The notes beneath the pieces are model-generated. The model was not told where the DNA came from and did no database searches. It worked only from the letters and a program-made list of their open reading frames with translations. A stretch of DNA of 57,914 nt, taken from Oscillospiraceae bacterium. GTDB taxonomy: Bacteria; Bacillota; Clostridia; Oscillospirales; Oscillospiraceae. The translations under genes were made by a program, and so were the position numbers. Location: assembly GCA_015067795.1 (NCBI GenBank), contig SVLU01000013.1, positions 1-57,914 on the forward strand. The letters are read 5' to 3'. How positions within the stretch are numbered: position 1 is the first letter of the stretch; every line of letters starts with the position of its first letter. Of the stretch, positions 27,667-38,024 are shown piece after piece.

Positions 27667-28701
27667 TCAGTATATCATTTCGTGGTTGATGCTTCTGTTT
27701 ACAAACCGTGATAGCTGTTTTTCATCCAAATCCAGGGCACACCCCAAAAGTGTCTTTACATAAGCCATCTCATTTGTCACACCGCTTATGTGATATGCCC
27801 CCGCCCTGAGAATATCACCTGTGGACTCATATTTATATGCGTCAGGTCTGCACGGAGCGAGGAAAAGCTGAACTCCTACAGATTTACAGCGGTCCAGGAG
27901 ATACAGTATCGAGGAGCTTGAATACGCTCCCGCTCCTCCCTTGCGTTCAACGCATACGGTGTCTGAGTGATAAGTGCCGTGGACTATGGCACGAATTCCG
28001 GTAAGGCTGAAAGCCGCATAATCAATACCCACATAAGGCATTATCCTCATAACGCATGGGAGTAGTGGTTTCATTTTATTCAGATAAAATGTCCCTGTCT
28101 CATAAGCTTTCCCCTGAAGCTTTGCATTATTTGCATCAGTCACGATCATGGCATCAGCACTGAAGAAATCGTCACTGAAATTAGCACACTGCAGCAGATG
28201 TGAACCGTAATGGGTATAGATGACACCATCGCTGTTTCTGTAAACCGCGTAGACATTCGGAGCGATATTGTTCATGATCAGCTCGACAGACGCCCGGAAA
28301 TTGGCGTGTCCGTTGGTATTTTCATAATTTAGCGGAAGCTGGCTGGATACCAAGCAAACAGGAATATGAACACCGGCAAGAACTATCGACAACAGCGAAG
28401 CAGTATAGGCAAGGGTATCAGTACCGTGGAGAATGATGATACCCTGATATGCGTTCCAATCTACCTGATTTAGTAAAGCATCAAGGAGGATATTCCATGT
28501 TTTAACGGTCATGTTCTCGCTCAAAATATCCGTGGGCATTATCACATCAAAATGCACCCTGCCGGCAAAAGGAGAGTTTCCTCTTTCAAATCCGTCAATT
28601 ATATGCACGTTGGCGGCATCGGAATAACGCTGACCAAATGCATCGGTAGACGCACAGATTGTGCCGCCTGTAAGTATTACAAGGATTTTCTTATCGCTCA
28701 T
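27667..28701 (-). CDS. L-asparaginase family protein (type I / AnsA-like)
   Basis: The N-terminal KILVILTGGTI matches the asparaginase Thr nucleophile motif TGGTI, and HGTDTL is also present. The start is placed after a GGGAGGGG ribosome-binding site. Confidence 0.75.
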   Translation of the reverse strand: MSDKKILVILTGGTICASTDAFGQRYSDAANVHIIDGFERGNSPFAGRVHFDVIMPTDILSENMTVKTWNILLDALLNQVDWNAYQGIIILHGTDTLAYTASLLSIVLAGVHIPVCLVSSQLPLNYENTNGHANFRASVELIMNNIAPNVYAVYRNSDGVIYTHYGSHLLQCANFSDDFFSADAMIVTDANNAKLQGKAYETGTFYLNKMKPLLPCVMRIMPYVGIDYAAFSLTGIRAIVHGTYHSDTVCVERKGGAGAYSSSSILYLLDRCKSVGVQLFLAPCRPDAYKYESTGDILRAGAYHISGVTNEMAYVKTLLGCALDLDEKQLSRFVNRSINHEMIY

Positions 28702-28854
28702 AGCATCCCCTCCCATGTATATTGTAATTATAACCAACCGGCCAGACTAAAACAAGCTTTTCCTACCTTAATCTGTTCCATTTACATTAAAGTAGCAAAA
28801 ATATGGATAATATGATATATTGTTGTTAGTATGTCCCGAAAGGAGAATTCCAAC

Positions 28855-29328
28855 ATGATAAAAATACTGTTTGTCTGCCACGGCAACATCTGCAGAAGTC
28901 CCATGGGTGAATATATATTAAAGGATATGGTAAAAAAGCAGGGTCTTGCTAAGGAGTTCTATATCGCCTCTGCCGCCGCCCACAGGGACGAGATAGGCAA
29001 TCCTGTCTATCCCCCTGCCAGACGCAAGCTGGGAGAGATGGGCATAAGCTGTTCCGAAAAGCGTGCTATCCTTTTGACGGCTGATGATTACAATAAATAT
29101 GACCTGCTTTTAGCCGCTGACAGCTACAATGTGAGAGATATGCGCCGCATATGTGGCGGTGACCCTCAGGGTAAAATCCGCCGTCTCCTTGATTACACCA
29201 GCCGCCCCCGTGACATCGCCGACCCCTGGTATACCGGAGATTTTGACCGTACCGCCGATGATATTATAGAGGGCTGCAGGGCGTTGTTATCTCACCTGAA
29301 AAAAGAGGGCAGGATGCTATCTTGTTAG
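28855..29328 (+). CDS. low-molecular-weight protein-tyrosine phosphatase
   Basis: The P-loop CHGNICRSP matches C-x5-R, and the Asp loop ...DPWY is present. Confidence 0.85.
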   Translation: MIKILFVCHGNICRSPMGEYILKDMVKKQGLAKEFYIASAAAHRDEIGNPVYPPARRKLGEMGISCSEKRAILLTADDYNKYDLLLAADSYNVRDMRRICGGDPQGKIRRLLDYTSRPRDIADPWYTGDFDRTADDIIEGCRALLSHLKKEGRMLSC

Positions 29329-29371
29329 TTTTTTCAACAGCAAGGACAAAAGGCATCGCATTTTTTCTAAT

Positions 29372-30001
29372 TTACTGAATTTCTCTCTTTTTGAAAAATA
29401 CAACCGACAGATACCAAGAAAGAATATACACGATGACACCAACAACAGCAAGGGCTGCGAGAATTACATTAGGCCGAACCTCAGCAACCAGTTGCCCTCT
29501 GAAAAAGCTTGTTGCTAAGACGCTGGCTCCACATCCAAAACCAATCATCACATAATAGGCGGTTCGTCCTTTTTCTACGCCCAGTTTAAAAATGAACGGA
29601 AGAGAAATCGAAGATGTTAAGGTTGCCACGATCAGCATTAGCAGCATTAAAACAACAAATTCACCGAATGCAAAATTACCGGCTACGAACATCTTAATGC
29701 TTTGTGCAATACCGGTTACGATCAGCATTGTTACCTGCACAAACAAGCCTATCAAATACTTAGCAGAAACGATTTGAGCCTTCGTATACGGTAGCGTTCC
29801 GCTATATTGCATCCATCGGCTTCGCTCATCATAACCAAGTAGATTAACAGGAATCATACCGCAGAGCAGATAAGGATAGAAAACAAAGAACATATTTCCT
29901 TTACTCATCAAAGAAAGAATGGTAAATCCAATACAAACAAAAAAATAGTTTCTACAATATTTTTTCATCATATACCAATCTTTTAAAAGCAGTCCCTTCA
30001 T
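29372..30001 (-). CDS. ABC-2-type transporter permease (YtrC/D-like membrane subunit)
   Basis: Polytopic hydrophobic protein. Its start overlaps the stop of the upstream ATPase (ATGA). Confidence 0.6.
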   Translation of the reverse strand: MKGLLLKDWYMMKKYCRNYFFVCIGFTILSLMSKGNMFFVFYPYLLCGMIPVNLLGYDERSRWMQYSGTLPYTKAQIVSAKYLIGLFVQVTMLIVTGIAQSIKMFVAGNFAFGEFVVLMLLMLIVATLTSSISLPFIFKLGVEKGRTAYYVMIGFGCGASVLATSFFRGQLVAEVRPNVILAALAVVGVIVYILSWYLSVVFFKKREIQ

Positions 30002-30002
30002 T

Positions 30003-30845
30003 TTATCTCGCCTCCTTCGCCATAAACACGAATAGTTCCTCAATGCTAACAGGGCTAATATTGACATTTGCAGGTATGGCACTTCTTAAAACCATCGCCT
30101 CAATACCATATGGATTTTCTTTTTTATGCTTAATTGCCTCTGGCGGAAGCTTTTGCAGTTCTTCGGCAGTACAATGAATCAATCCGTATTCCGCAAGCAG
30201 TTGATCTTTTTCTTCGAAGAGCAGAAGCTTTCCTTTATGAAGGAAAGCAATGTAGTCGCACAGTTTTTCAAGATCACTAACGATATGCGAAGAAATAAGA
30301 ATGGAATGATTTTCATCTCTCGTAAAATCACTTAGCATCTCTACAACTTCATCACGAGCCACAGGGTCAAGCCCTGATGTTGCTTCGTCCATAATGAGAA
30401 GCTTTGCATTATGAGATAATGCTATGGCAATTCCAAGCTTCATCTTCATACCACGGGAAAACTCTTTGAACTGTTTTTCGTCAGTCAGTGCAAGTTTCTG
30501 TACCATGCGAGCATATTCAGCACTATCCCAGTTACGAAATGTGTGCTTCATTATCTTTCCGACCTGTTTTACTGTAAGACATTCCGGGATGCCAACCTCA
30601 TCCATCACAACGCCTATGTCCTCTTTTGTGAGTTCAATACCGTCCGTGTTATCTTTTCCGAGGATATCGATGCTTCCGCTGTCCTTGTGGATCATATTTA
30701 GAATAAGCTTGATAGTGGTGCTTTTGCCGGCACCGTTTTCACCTATAATCCCCATAATGCATCCACTTGGCAGGGTTAGATTAAGATCATCCAGCTTAAA
30801 GCCGGGATATGACTTGGTTAGATTTACAATTTCAAGTGCATTCAT
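30003..30845 (-). CDS. ABC transporter ATP-binding protein
   Basis: Walker A GENGAGKST, signature LSRGMKMKLG, Walker B LLIMDEATSGLD. Confidence 0.9.
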   Translation of the reverse strand: MNALEIVNLTKSYPGFKLDDLNLTLPSGCIMGIIGENGAGKSTTIKLILNMIHKDSGSIDILGKDNTDGIELTKEDIGVVMDEVGIPECLTVKQVGKIMKHTFRNWDSAEYARMVQKLALTDEKQFKEFSRGMKMKLGIAIALSHNAKLLIMDEATSGLDPVARDEVVEMLSDFTRDENHSILISSHIVSDLEKLCDYIAFLHKGKLLLFEEKDQLLAEYGLIHCTAEELQKLPPEAIKHKKENPYGIEAMVLRSAIPANVNISPVSIEELFVFMAKEAR

Positions 30846-31252
30846 CCTTGTTCCTCCAGACTAAAATTAACCATTTCGATAATATCTTGTTTGCTTAAAT
30901 TACAAGTAGCCGCAAGCCTAACGATCTCATCTATATGTTTTTCAATCTTTTTCAGATTTTCTTCTCGAAGAAGCTCCACGTTTTTTGGTGCAATGTAACA
31001 ACCCTTACCGGGAAGCGTATAGATAAAACCATCCTTTTCAAGCTCTTCATAAGCACGTTTTGTTGTAATAAAGCTAATGTGCAGATCCTTCGCCAAACCA
31101 CGAATAGACGGAAGCATCTCATCCTCTTTTAATGCTCCGCTGATGATCTGACTTTTAATTTGGGAATATATCTGGTCATAAATAGGGGCACCACTTTTAT
31201 TGTCAATCAGTATATTCACACCATCACCTCTGTTTGTACTGTATATATTCAT
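30842..31252 (-). CDS. GntR-family (YtrA subfamily) transcriptional repressor
   Basis: ...PIYDQIYSQIKSQIISGALKEDEMLPSIRGLAKDLHISFITTKRAYEEL... About 135 aa with only a short C-terminal extension, which fits the YtrA subfamily. It is followed by ABC ATPase and permease genes. Confidence 0.8.
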   Translation of the reverse strand: MNIYSTNRGDGVNILIDNKSGAPIYDQIYSQIKSQIISGALKEDEMLPSIRGLAKDLHISFITTKRAYEELEKDGFIYTLPGKGCYIAPKNVELLREENLKKIEKHIDEIVRLAATCNLSKQDIIEMVNFSLEEQG

Positions 31253-31264
31253 TATATACAGTAC
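31236..31264. promoter_or_regulatory. perfect 12-bp inverted repeat (operator candidate) overlapping the GntR start codon
   Basis: gtactgtatata-ttcat-tatatacagtac. Confidence 0.55.
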
Positions 31265-31333
31265 AAACACAAAAATCAATAGATTCTGAATAAGTTCACA
31301 GAAAAGTTAAAAAGCATGGCCAAAGCAAAAAGA

Positions 31334-31363
31334 GCTGACAGACTTCTACGGAAATCTGTCAGC
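31334..31363 (-). terminator. terminator of the V-ATPase operon
   Basis: gctgacaga...tctgtcagc hairpin with a T-run on the minus strand. Confidence 0.6.
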
Positions 31364-31393
31364 TCGTTATTCATTTGCAAAAAACAGTTCTTT

Positions 31394-31819
31394 TTAGCCG
31401 AGAGCTACCATGCTGAAAACCAGTGCGAACAATGCAACGGTTTCGCAAAGACCAACAACTGTGATGTACTGTGCAAAGCCCTTGCCTGTTTCTGCCAGAG
31501 CATCTGCACCGGCTGCGCCTGCTTTGCCCTGGAATACAGCGGAAAATGCCATAGCAATACCGGATGCAACGCCAAGGCCAAGTAAAAACGCAGGGTCAGC
31601 AGAGGAAGCCTTCATCTGCTGCATAAGAAGGAAGCCGTAAATAGTCTGTGTAAGAGGTGCGCCTGCAAAAACGGTGAGAATAAACGGTGCGGCTTTATTG
31701 CTCATGTAGCACTTCTTCCATGCGCCTATTGATGCCTGACCTGCAATACCAATGCCGATTGCAGAGCCGATAGCGGAGATGCCCATAACAAGGGCAGTTG
31801 CCAATAATCCTAAATTCAT
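31394..31819 (-). CDS. ntpK: V-type ATPase proteolipid subunit K (c-ring)
   Basis: Small, Gly/Ala-rich hydrophobic protein (...GIAMAFSAVFQGKAGAAG...) following subunit I. Confidence 0.85.
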   Translation of the reverse strand: MNLGLLATALVMGISAIGSAIGIGIAGQASIGAWKKCYMSNKAAPFILTVFAGAPLTQTIYGFLLMQQMKASSADPAFLLGLGVASGIAMAFSAVFQGKAGAAGADALAETGKGFAQYITVVGLCETVALFALVFSMVALG

Positions 31820-31843
31820 AATAATTCTCCTTTATAATCTAAT

Positions 31844-33757
31844 TCATTCTTCAAATGGTTTAAACTTATGTCCGCTCCAGGACATATCCAAATGCGATGA
31901 GAATTCCAATGTATTTAATCTTATGCCATGAACGATAACAGACAGAATATTCAAAATCATATTAAGTCCGTGACCGAATACCAGAAGGACAATGGCAATG
32001 ATCATAAACAGGAAATTCCCGAACAGCGGCCCTGCCAGTTCGTTGACGGTTGCGGATATTGCCGCACCTGCAAGACCGACAGCCCAAAGGCGTATGTACG
32101 ATACTATGTCGGAAAATACATTAACCACACCAAGCAATACGGAAACGATATTGACAAGACTTGAAAGTATGGATTTTATAATGCTTCCCTCATAGTTCGA
32201 GAACACAAAGCTCATACAGAAGCCTATTCCTATAAGAGCAATGGCAACCGTGCCGATGGGGATGCCGCCTATCACAAGTCCAAAGCTGAAAACTTCAGCA
32301 TTAACTACAAGGCTGAGCACCAAATAAAAGATACCGAAAAGCTGTAATATGGAACCGATATCACCAAGCACTTTTATTGATTTTCCGTTTCTCAACGCAA
32401 CTTTTATATGCGCGACCGTCAGCTGAATAAGGGCCAACAGGAAACAGAATATCTGCAAATTCTGTGCTGTGGTAAGTCCTGCTGTACCATTGGTCCAGAA
32501 CGGATACCAGATCGTATCTCCGTAAACATTTGAGATAAGTGGTATTGACAAGCTTTTAAGCCACCCAGGTAACTGCTCGGGAGAAAGACCAAACCACGTG
32601 CAGGTAAGTGTTCCCCAAAGCACCGTCGACAAGCCGAAAAGACCAACCAGCAGAATGGTAGGTGAAACAGGTTTCTTTGCAATAAGTGATTTAATAATTG
32701 GTATAGCGGCAACGGTGCAGATCAGCAATCCGTATCCGCCGTCTCCGAAAATAATTCCGAAGAAAATGAGTATAAACGCTAAGAACCAACCGGAAATGTC
32801 AAATTCAAAATATCCCGGAACAGTACCCAAAAAGTCTGTCAGCGGATAAATCAAACTTACGAACTTATTGTTTTTAAGCTTGGTTGGAACGTTGTCCTCC
32901 TCGCAGGGCTCTTCTATAAGAAGTCCCCATGAATTCTCTTTCGCAGCACGCTTCAGCTTATCAAGGTTGTCCGCTTCGATGAAGCCCTTAAAATATGCAA
33001 CCGAAACATTGCTCCTATCATCCGCCGACAAGCTTGCATTCGCCATGCCCGTAGCATAGACTTCAAATTCGATTTCCTTTTCACAGGCCTTGATGGCATT
33101 TTTCATGCCTGCGACACAGCCTGCATACGAACCGATTTTCTCGTCAATGGTTTCGATACGGCTGCTGAGTTCAGCGGTTTTCCGCTTCATTTCCGCAACC
33201 GAAAGCTTCGGCAGCTCTAACCTGAAGCTATCCAAAGCCTCAACAGCTTCAGCTTCGCCTTCTGCTCCTGTTTTTATCAACAGGCACTTTACAGTGGACT
33301 TGCCTGCATCTAACCTTATGGTTTTAACACGCTGGTCCAAACCCTCATATTCGGCTTTGGGAACATCGTAAAGTGAAACATTAACGCCCTTGCCTACTAA
33401 ATTCTCAATTTCCCGAGGGTCAATATCACCCCAATTCTTCAATCTCTCAAGCTCTGAATTAAGGGCTATTCTTTCTCCCTGGCATACCTGTCTTTCCTCA
33501 GCCAGAGAAGCAATTTCCCTTGCCGCAGCCAAAGCCTCGGCTGTGGTTAAATCTTTAACCTCCGCATTTTTGCTTTTTTCTATGTGGTATACAGCGTTTT
33601 CAAGCAGGGATATATTATCCGTCAACTCATTTATCCTGTCACCATGACCTTCGGTTATCTCGATATGAAGGATCCCTAATTTGCGGAGTTTTTTAAGTGT
33701 TTCTGCTTTTCTGTCTCCCAGAATTATGAGAGACACCTTTTTCATAGGCACAATCAT
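31844..33757 (-). CDS. ntpI: V-type ATPase subunit I (a-subunit)
   Basis: 637 aa with an N-terminal soluble coiled-coil domain and a C-terminal polytopic membrane domain. Confidence 0.85.
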   Translation of the reverse strand: MIVPMKKVSLIILGDRKAETLKKLRKLGILHIEITEGHGDRINELTDNISLLENAVYHIEKSKNAEVKDLTTAEALAAAREIASLAEERQVCQGERIALNSELERLKNWGDIDPREIENLVGKGVNVSLYDVPKAEYEGLDQRVKTIRLDAGKSTVKCLLIKTGAEGEAEAVEALDSFRLELPKLSVAEMKRKTAELSSRIETIDEKIGSYAGCVAGMKNAIKACEKEIEFEVYATGMANASLSADDRSNVSVAYFKGFIEADNLDKLKRAAKENSWGLLIEEPCEEDNVPTKLKNNKFVSLIYPLTDFLGTVPGYFEFDISGWFLAFILIFFGIIFGDGGYGLLICTVAAIPIIKSLIAKKPVSPTILLVGLFGLSTVLWGTLTCTWFGLSPEQLPGWLKSLSIPLISNVYGDTIWYPFWTNGTAGLTTAQNLQIFCFLLALIQLTVAHIKVALRNGKSIKVLGDIGSILQLFGIFYLVLSLVVNAEVFSFGLVIGGIPIGTVAIALIGIGFCMSFVFSNYEGSIIKSILSSLVNIVSVLLGVVNVFSDIVSYIRLWAVGLAGAAISATVNELAGPLFGNFLFMIIAIVLLVFGHGLNMILNILSVIVHGIRLNTLEFSSHLDMSWSGHKFKPFEE

Positions 33758-34392
33758 AACGAATAAACCTGCCTTTCGGAATCCTCAGCATTGCGAAGGG
33801 CTATTTTGCGTTTTGAAATCTTGGAACGCACCACAGCATTAACCTGCTGGTCTGCCAAATAAATTGATATTTTTCTGATGTTCTCCTCAGTTTCGGGTAT
33901 TTTTACCTTTTCAAACAGGTTGACTCTCTGTGAGGTTGCATGAAGCTCTTCCTGTAAGAGTCTGACCTGCTCATCCAACACTTCCGCCTCCAAATCGAGC
34001 AGCATAGCCTTTTCCATGTGGTTTGCTGCTATATCTACCCAAAGAGGCGTTTTATATAAATCATAGTCTCCTCTGAGAAAATCCGCTCCTTCAAAGACCG
34101 GAATAGCAACACCTGCAATATTCCCAACGCCCTTGCGAATATTGCTTACGGTGATTATTCCATCGGGGAAAGCGTCTTTTTCGCTGAAAACCGAGATCCA
34201 GGACTCAAATCCTTTTTCAAGGTTTTCTTTCTCTTGTCTTACAGCTCTGGCCTTTGGTTCGATGTTGCGGATTTCGGCCTGAAGCTGCTGCTTTTTAAGT
34301 GTCAGAGTAGGCAAATATCTCCGGTACATTTTGAGAGCATCCTTTTGTACCTTTAACTCGTTTTTGGTTAGTTTGATTTTTGCCATAAGCAC
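33754..34392 (-). CDS. ntpD: V-type ATPase subunit D
   Basis: About 210 aa, charged and helical: MAKIKLTKNELKVQKDALKMYRRYLPTLTLKKQQLQ. Confidence 0.85.
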   Translation of the reverse strand: MLMAKIKLTKNELKVQKDALKMYRRYLPTLTLKKQQLQAEIRNIEPKARAVRQEKENLEKGFESWISVFSEKDAFPDGIITVSNIRKGVGNIAGVAIPVFEGADFLRGDYDLYKTPLWVDIAANHMEKAMLLDLEAEVLDEQVRLLQEELHATSQRVNLFEKVKIPETEENIRKISIYLADQQVNAVVRSKISKRKIALRNAEDSERQVYSL

Positions 34393-34400
34393 AGTCCCCC

Positions 34401-35696
34401 TTACTTAACAGGCCAGAATTCATCAGTAAGGTCTGACTTTATACCGGTTTCATCCTTTTCAAAGCAGTCGGCCAGAATTTCCCATCCCAAATCGAGAGCG
34501 TTTTCAAGAGATAAATTGACCGACAGGTCCATGAGCTTGTTTTCAAAAAGCTTGCCGTATTTAAGAAGCTTTTCGTCCCAGCGGTTCATGGCAAAGCCCA
34601 TGTTTTTCTTTTCAAGAGTTTCCTTATAGGAAGAATACAGACGAATCATAGAGTCCATAAGGGCACGGTGGTCTTTGCGGGTTTTGTTGTTTACGTTCTG
34701 CTTCAGTCGGGAAAGCGAACCAAAGGGCTCAATACGGCCGCCCTTAAGGTAATACTGGCCTTCTGTAATATAGCCGGTATTATCGGGAACGGGATGTGTT
34801 ACGTCGTCGCCCGGCATGGTGGTGACAGCCAGAATGGTAACGGAGCCGGAATCGGCAAAGTCAACCGCCTTTTCGTAACGGGCAGCAAGCTGGGAATAGA
34901 GGTCACCGGGATAGCCGCGGTTGGAAGGTACCTGCTCCTGAATAATTGCAACTTCCTTCATGGCATCGGCATAGTTGGTCATATCGGTGAGCAGTACCAA
35001 TACGTCCTTGTCCTGCAAAGCAAACTGCTCTGCAACTGCCAGAACCATATCAGGGATCATCATACATTCAACGGTTGGGTCGGCTGCAGTATGAATAAAC
35101 ATAACTGTCTTGCTTAAAGCACCGCCCTTTGAAAGGGTGTCCTTAAAATAAAGAAAATCATCATATTTAAGGCCCATGCCGCCAAGAACAATTACATCTG
35201 CCTCCGCCTGCATTGCAATATGGGCAAGAAGCTCATTGTAGGGCTCGCCGGAAATGGAGAAAATAGGAAGCTTCTGAGAAACAACCAATGTATTGAACAT
35301 ATCGATCATCGGAATGTTGGTTCTCATCATTCGGTTAGCAAGAATTCGTTTGGTCGGGTTAACGGAAGGTCCGCCGATAGGTGTCATATTTTCGGCAAGT
35401 GCCGGACCGTTATCTCTCGGCTCACCTGAGCCGTTAAAAATACGACCCAAAAGATTCTCGCTGAAGGATACACGCATTTCGTGACCTAAAAAACGAACCT
35501 CGTCACCTGTGAAAATGCCCTGTCCGCCTGCAAACACCTGCAAGGAAACAATGTCACCGTCGATTTTATTAACCTTGGCAAGTGATTTGCCGAAGCGTGT
35601 ACTTATCTGAGCAAGCTCATTATATCGAACATCTTTCGCCTTTACGGTAATAACGCTGCCTGTGATAGATTCAATTCGGTTATATACTTTATTCAT
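34401..35696 (-). CDS. ntpB: V-type ATPase subunit B
   Basis: 431 aa homologous to the regulatory (non-catalytic) nucleotide-binding subunit. Confidence 0.9.
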   Translation of the reverse strand: MNKVYNRIESITGSVITVKAKDVRYNELAQISTRFGKSLAKVNKIDGDIVSLQVFAGGQGIFTGDEVRFLGHEMRVSFSENLLGRIFNGSGEPRDNGPALAENMTPIGGPSVNPTKRILANRMMRTNIPMIDMFNTLVVSQKLPIFSISGEPYNELLAHIAMQAEADVIVLGGMGLKYDDFLYFKDTLSKGGALSKTVMFIHTAADPTVECMMIPDMVLAVAEQFALQDKDVLVLLTDMTNYADAMKEVAIIQEQVPSNRGYPGDLYSQLAARYEKAVDFADSGSVTILAVTTMPGDDVTHPVPDNTGYITEGQYYLKGGRIEPFGSLSRLKQNVNNKTRKDHRALMDSMIRLYSSYKETLEKKNMGFAMNRWDEKLLKYGKLFENKLMDLSVNLSLENALDLGWEILADCFEKDETGIKSDLTDEFWPVK

Positions 35697-35698
35697 TC

Positions 35699-37468
35699 TT
35701 ACTCACCGCCCTTTAACAAAAGCTCTGCCTCATGGCTGAGTTTGCCCTGACCGTCCTTGTAAAGCCGGTCGATTTCCGCTTCAGCCTTCTTGAAGGCATC
35801 GCTTTCAAATTCCGTATAATTCCAGTTGATAAATCTCTGACGCATACGGTTGAAGAAGCTGCGTGCGTCGTCTTTATTATCAACCGCAAATTCACTGCCT
35901 AAAACAAGTATCAGCTTATCGGTAACATAGCGCTGACGTAATGTGCCGCAGTTTGCTTCGATGGGGTCAAAGGAATTCTGCTGCAGATAAACCGCGTCGA
36001 GCATTTCCTCTTTAAGATAAATAATATAGTCGGAAAGACTTGTGCCTTCTTCGCCAACAACCTTCATCATGGAGTTGATCTCATCACCGTGGTTAAGCAT
36101 ATTTTTGAAAAACTCGCTCTTTTTGCGATCAATAACACCGTTGTACTTGGACCAGGAGATAAGTGCGTCAATCGCAGGATACTTTCTTGCGTCAGAGCGT
36201 TCACGGGAAAGACCGTGGAAAGCACCTACAACCTTTAAGGTTGCCTGAGTTACCGGCTCTTCAAAGTTGCCGCCTGCCGGTGAAACCGTGCCGCCTATTG
36301 TTACGGAGCCTGTACTTCCATCGGGTAAGCGAACATAGCCCGCTCTTTCATAAAATGAAGCAATGTAAGATTCCAGATAAGCAGGAAAAGCTTCCTCGCC
36401 GGGGATTTCTTCAAGTCTGCCGGACATTTCTCTGAGAGCCTGTGCCCATCGGGATGTGGAGTCTGCCAGAAGCAGAACATTCAGACCCATCTGACGGTAA
36501 TACTCAGCAAGAGTTACCGAGGTATATACCGATGCTTCTCTGGATGCTACCGGCATGGAGGAGGTATTGCAAATAATAATGGTGCGTTCCATGAGAGAAC
36601 GGCCTGTTTTTGGGTCGGTAAGCTCAGGGAATTCGGTAATCGTTTCAACAACTTCACCGGCACGCTCACCGCAGGCTGCGATAATAACAATATCCACATC
36701 TGCGTACTTGGATGTGGTGTGCTGTAAAACGGTTTTACCTGCGCCAAATGGTCCGGGAGTACAGTATGTGCCGCCCTTTGCAACCGGGAATAAAGAGTCG
36801 ATAACGCGAACCTTTGTCTCCATGTTTTCAACAGGTGCCAATCTTTCGCTGTAACACTTTATCGCACGCTTAACAGGCCACTTGAATGACATAGACAGAG
36901 AAATATTTTTTCCGCGTTCATCGGTAATAACCGCAATAGATTCATTTACGGTATAAGCACCCTTTTTTGCAATATATGTCAGGGTATAATTTCCCAGCAG
37001 ATAAAAAGGAACAAAGATCTTATGGGTAAATACACCTTCCGGAACGGTTCCTATGTATTCGCCGGCACGCAGAGTATCGCCGATTTTGGCGGTAGGAGTA
37101 AACTCCCACTTTTTCTCAGCATTGAGGCTGTCCATATAAACACCGCGTTCCAGGAACCAGCCTGCCTTTTCAGCTAATTTAGGCAGCGGATTTTGAAGTC
37201 CGTCATATATCTGACCAAGCAGACCCGGGCCAAGCTGTGCCGACAGCATATGTCCTGTAAATTCAACTTCATCGCCGCACTTTATACCATTTGTCATTTC
37301 ATAAACCTGTATCTGAGCGACATTTCCGCGAATACGGATAACCTCGCTTTTAAGTGCGGTATCTTCAACTATAACATAGCAAATTTCATTCATGGAAACA
37401 TTGCCCGTAAATTCAACAGACACTAAGTTTCCGTTAATACTAATAACCTTACCTGTTCTTTCGGTCAT
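35699..37468 (-). CDS. ntpA: V-type ATPase catalytic subunit A
   Basis: 589 aa with Walker [10 protein letters not shown] and the A-subunit non-homologous insertion. Confidence 0.9.
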   Translation of the reverse strand: MTERTGKVISINGNLVSVEFTGNVSMNEICYVIVEDTALKSEVIRIRGNVAQIQVYEMTNGIKCGDEVEFTGHMLSAQLGPGLLGQIYDGLQNPLPKLAEKAGWFLERGVYMDSLNAEKKWEFTPTAKIGDTLRAGEYIGTVPEGVFTHKIFVPFYLLGNYTLTYIAKKGAYTVNESIAVITDERGKNISLSMSFKWPVKRAIKCYSERLAPVENMETKVRVIDSLFPVAKGGTYCTPGPFGAGKTVLQHTTSKYADVDIVIIAACGERAGEVVETITEFPELTDPKTGRSLMERTIIICNTSSMPVASREASVYTSVTLAEYYRQMGLNVLLLADSTSRWAQALREMSGRLEEIPGEEAFPAYLESYIASFYERAGYVRLPDGSTGSVTIGGTVSPAGGNFEEPVTQATLKVVGAFHGLSRERSDARKYPAIDALISWSKYNGVIDRKKSEFFKNMLNHGDEINSMMKVVGEEGTSLSDYIIYLKEEMLDAVYLQQNSFDPIEANCGTLRQRYVTDKLILVLGSEFAVDNKDDARSFFNRMRQRFINWNYTEFESDAFKKAEAEIDRLYKDGQGKLSHEAELLLKGGE

Positions 37469-38022
37469 AATATATCCTCCAACCTTCTGCTGTTTAAAGC
37501 GGAGTCGTAAAAATATCTGTATGCGGCCTCTCCGACAGCCGCATCAAACTGCCTTGTTCGCAAAATCAGTTTCAGCTTAAGACCATAGTAAAAGACAAAT
37601 TCCTCCGAAAATTGATCCATTGGTCTGAGAGTTTCCAAAAATTCCATCCGATAACCGTCAAGGAATTTTTCCGCTTCCAGAGGATTTTCAATCTCTACCG
37701 CTGTGCTTGCCACCTTTACAAGTCCTATCGGCAGGCATCTGTTTCCTATGTCAAATGGCTTTTTCATTTTTTCTGCCCTGACTTTACCAAGAGCAAGCCG
37801 CAAATTCCGTTCTCCTTCATTCCATGCTTCAACCAAAGCTGAGCTTGATTTTTCACAGTTTATCTGCGGCACAAGTGCTAAATTGTTTAATTCTTTCAGT
37901 GTCTTTTTCCCTAAAAAGCGGCTGCATAGCTCTGAAAACCGCTCCTCAGTAATAGGTGCCGGCATATTTTCACCGATTGCGTCCAAACACGGCAGCTGTG
38001 AAATCAAATAATATTCAGCCAT
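37465..38022 (-). CDS. V-ATPase operon protein of unknown function (DUF2764-like, as in spirochaete/chlamydial second-type V-ATPase operons); it occupies the slot where subunits C and F would be
   Basis: 185 aa, located between E and A. It resembles neither C (about 330 aa) nor F (about 100 aa). Confidence 0.5.
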   Translation of the reverse strand: MAEYYLISQLPCLDAIGENMPAPITEERFSELCSRFLGKKTLKELNNLALVPQINCEKSSSALVEAWNEGERNLRLALGKVRAEKMKKPFDIGNRCLPIGLVKVASTAVEIENPLEAEKFLDGYRMEFLETLRPMDQFSEEFVFYYGLKLKLILRTRQFDAAVGEAAYRYFYDSALNSRRLEDIL

Positions 38023-38024
38023 AA

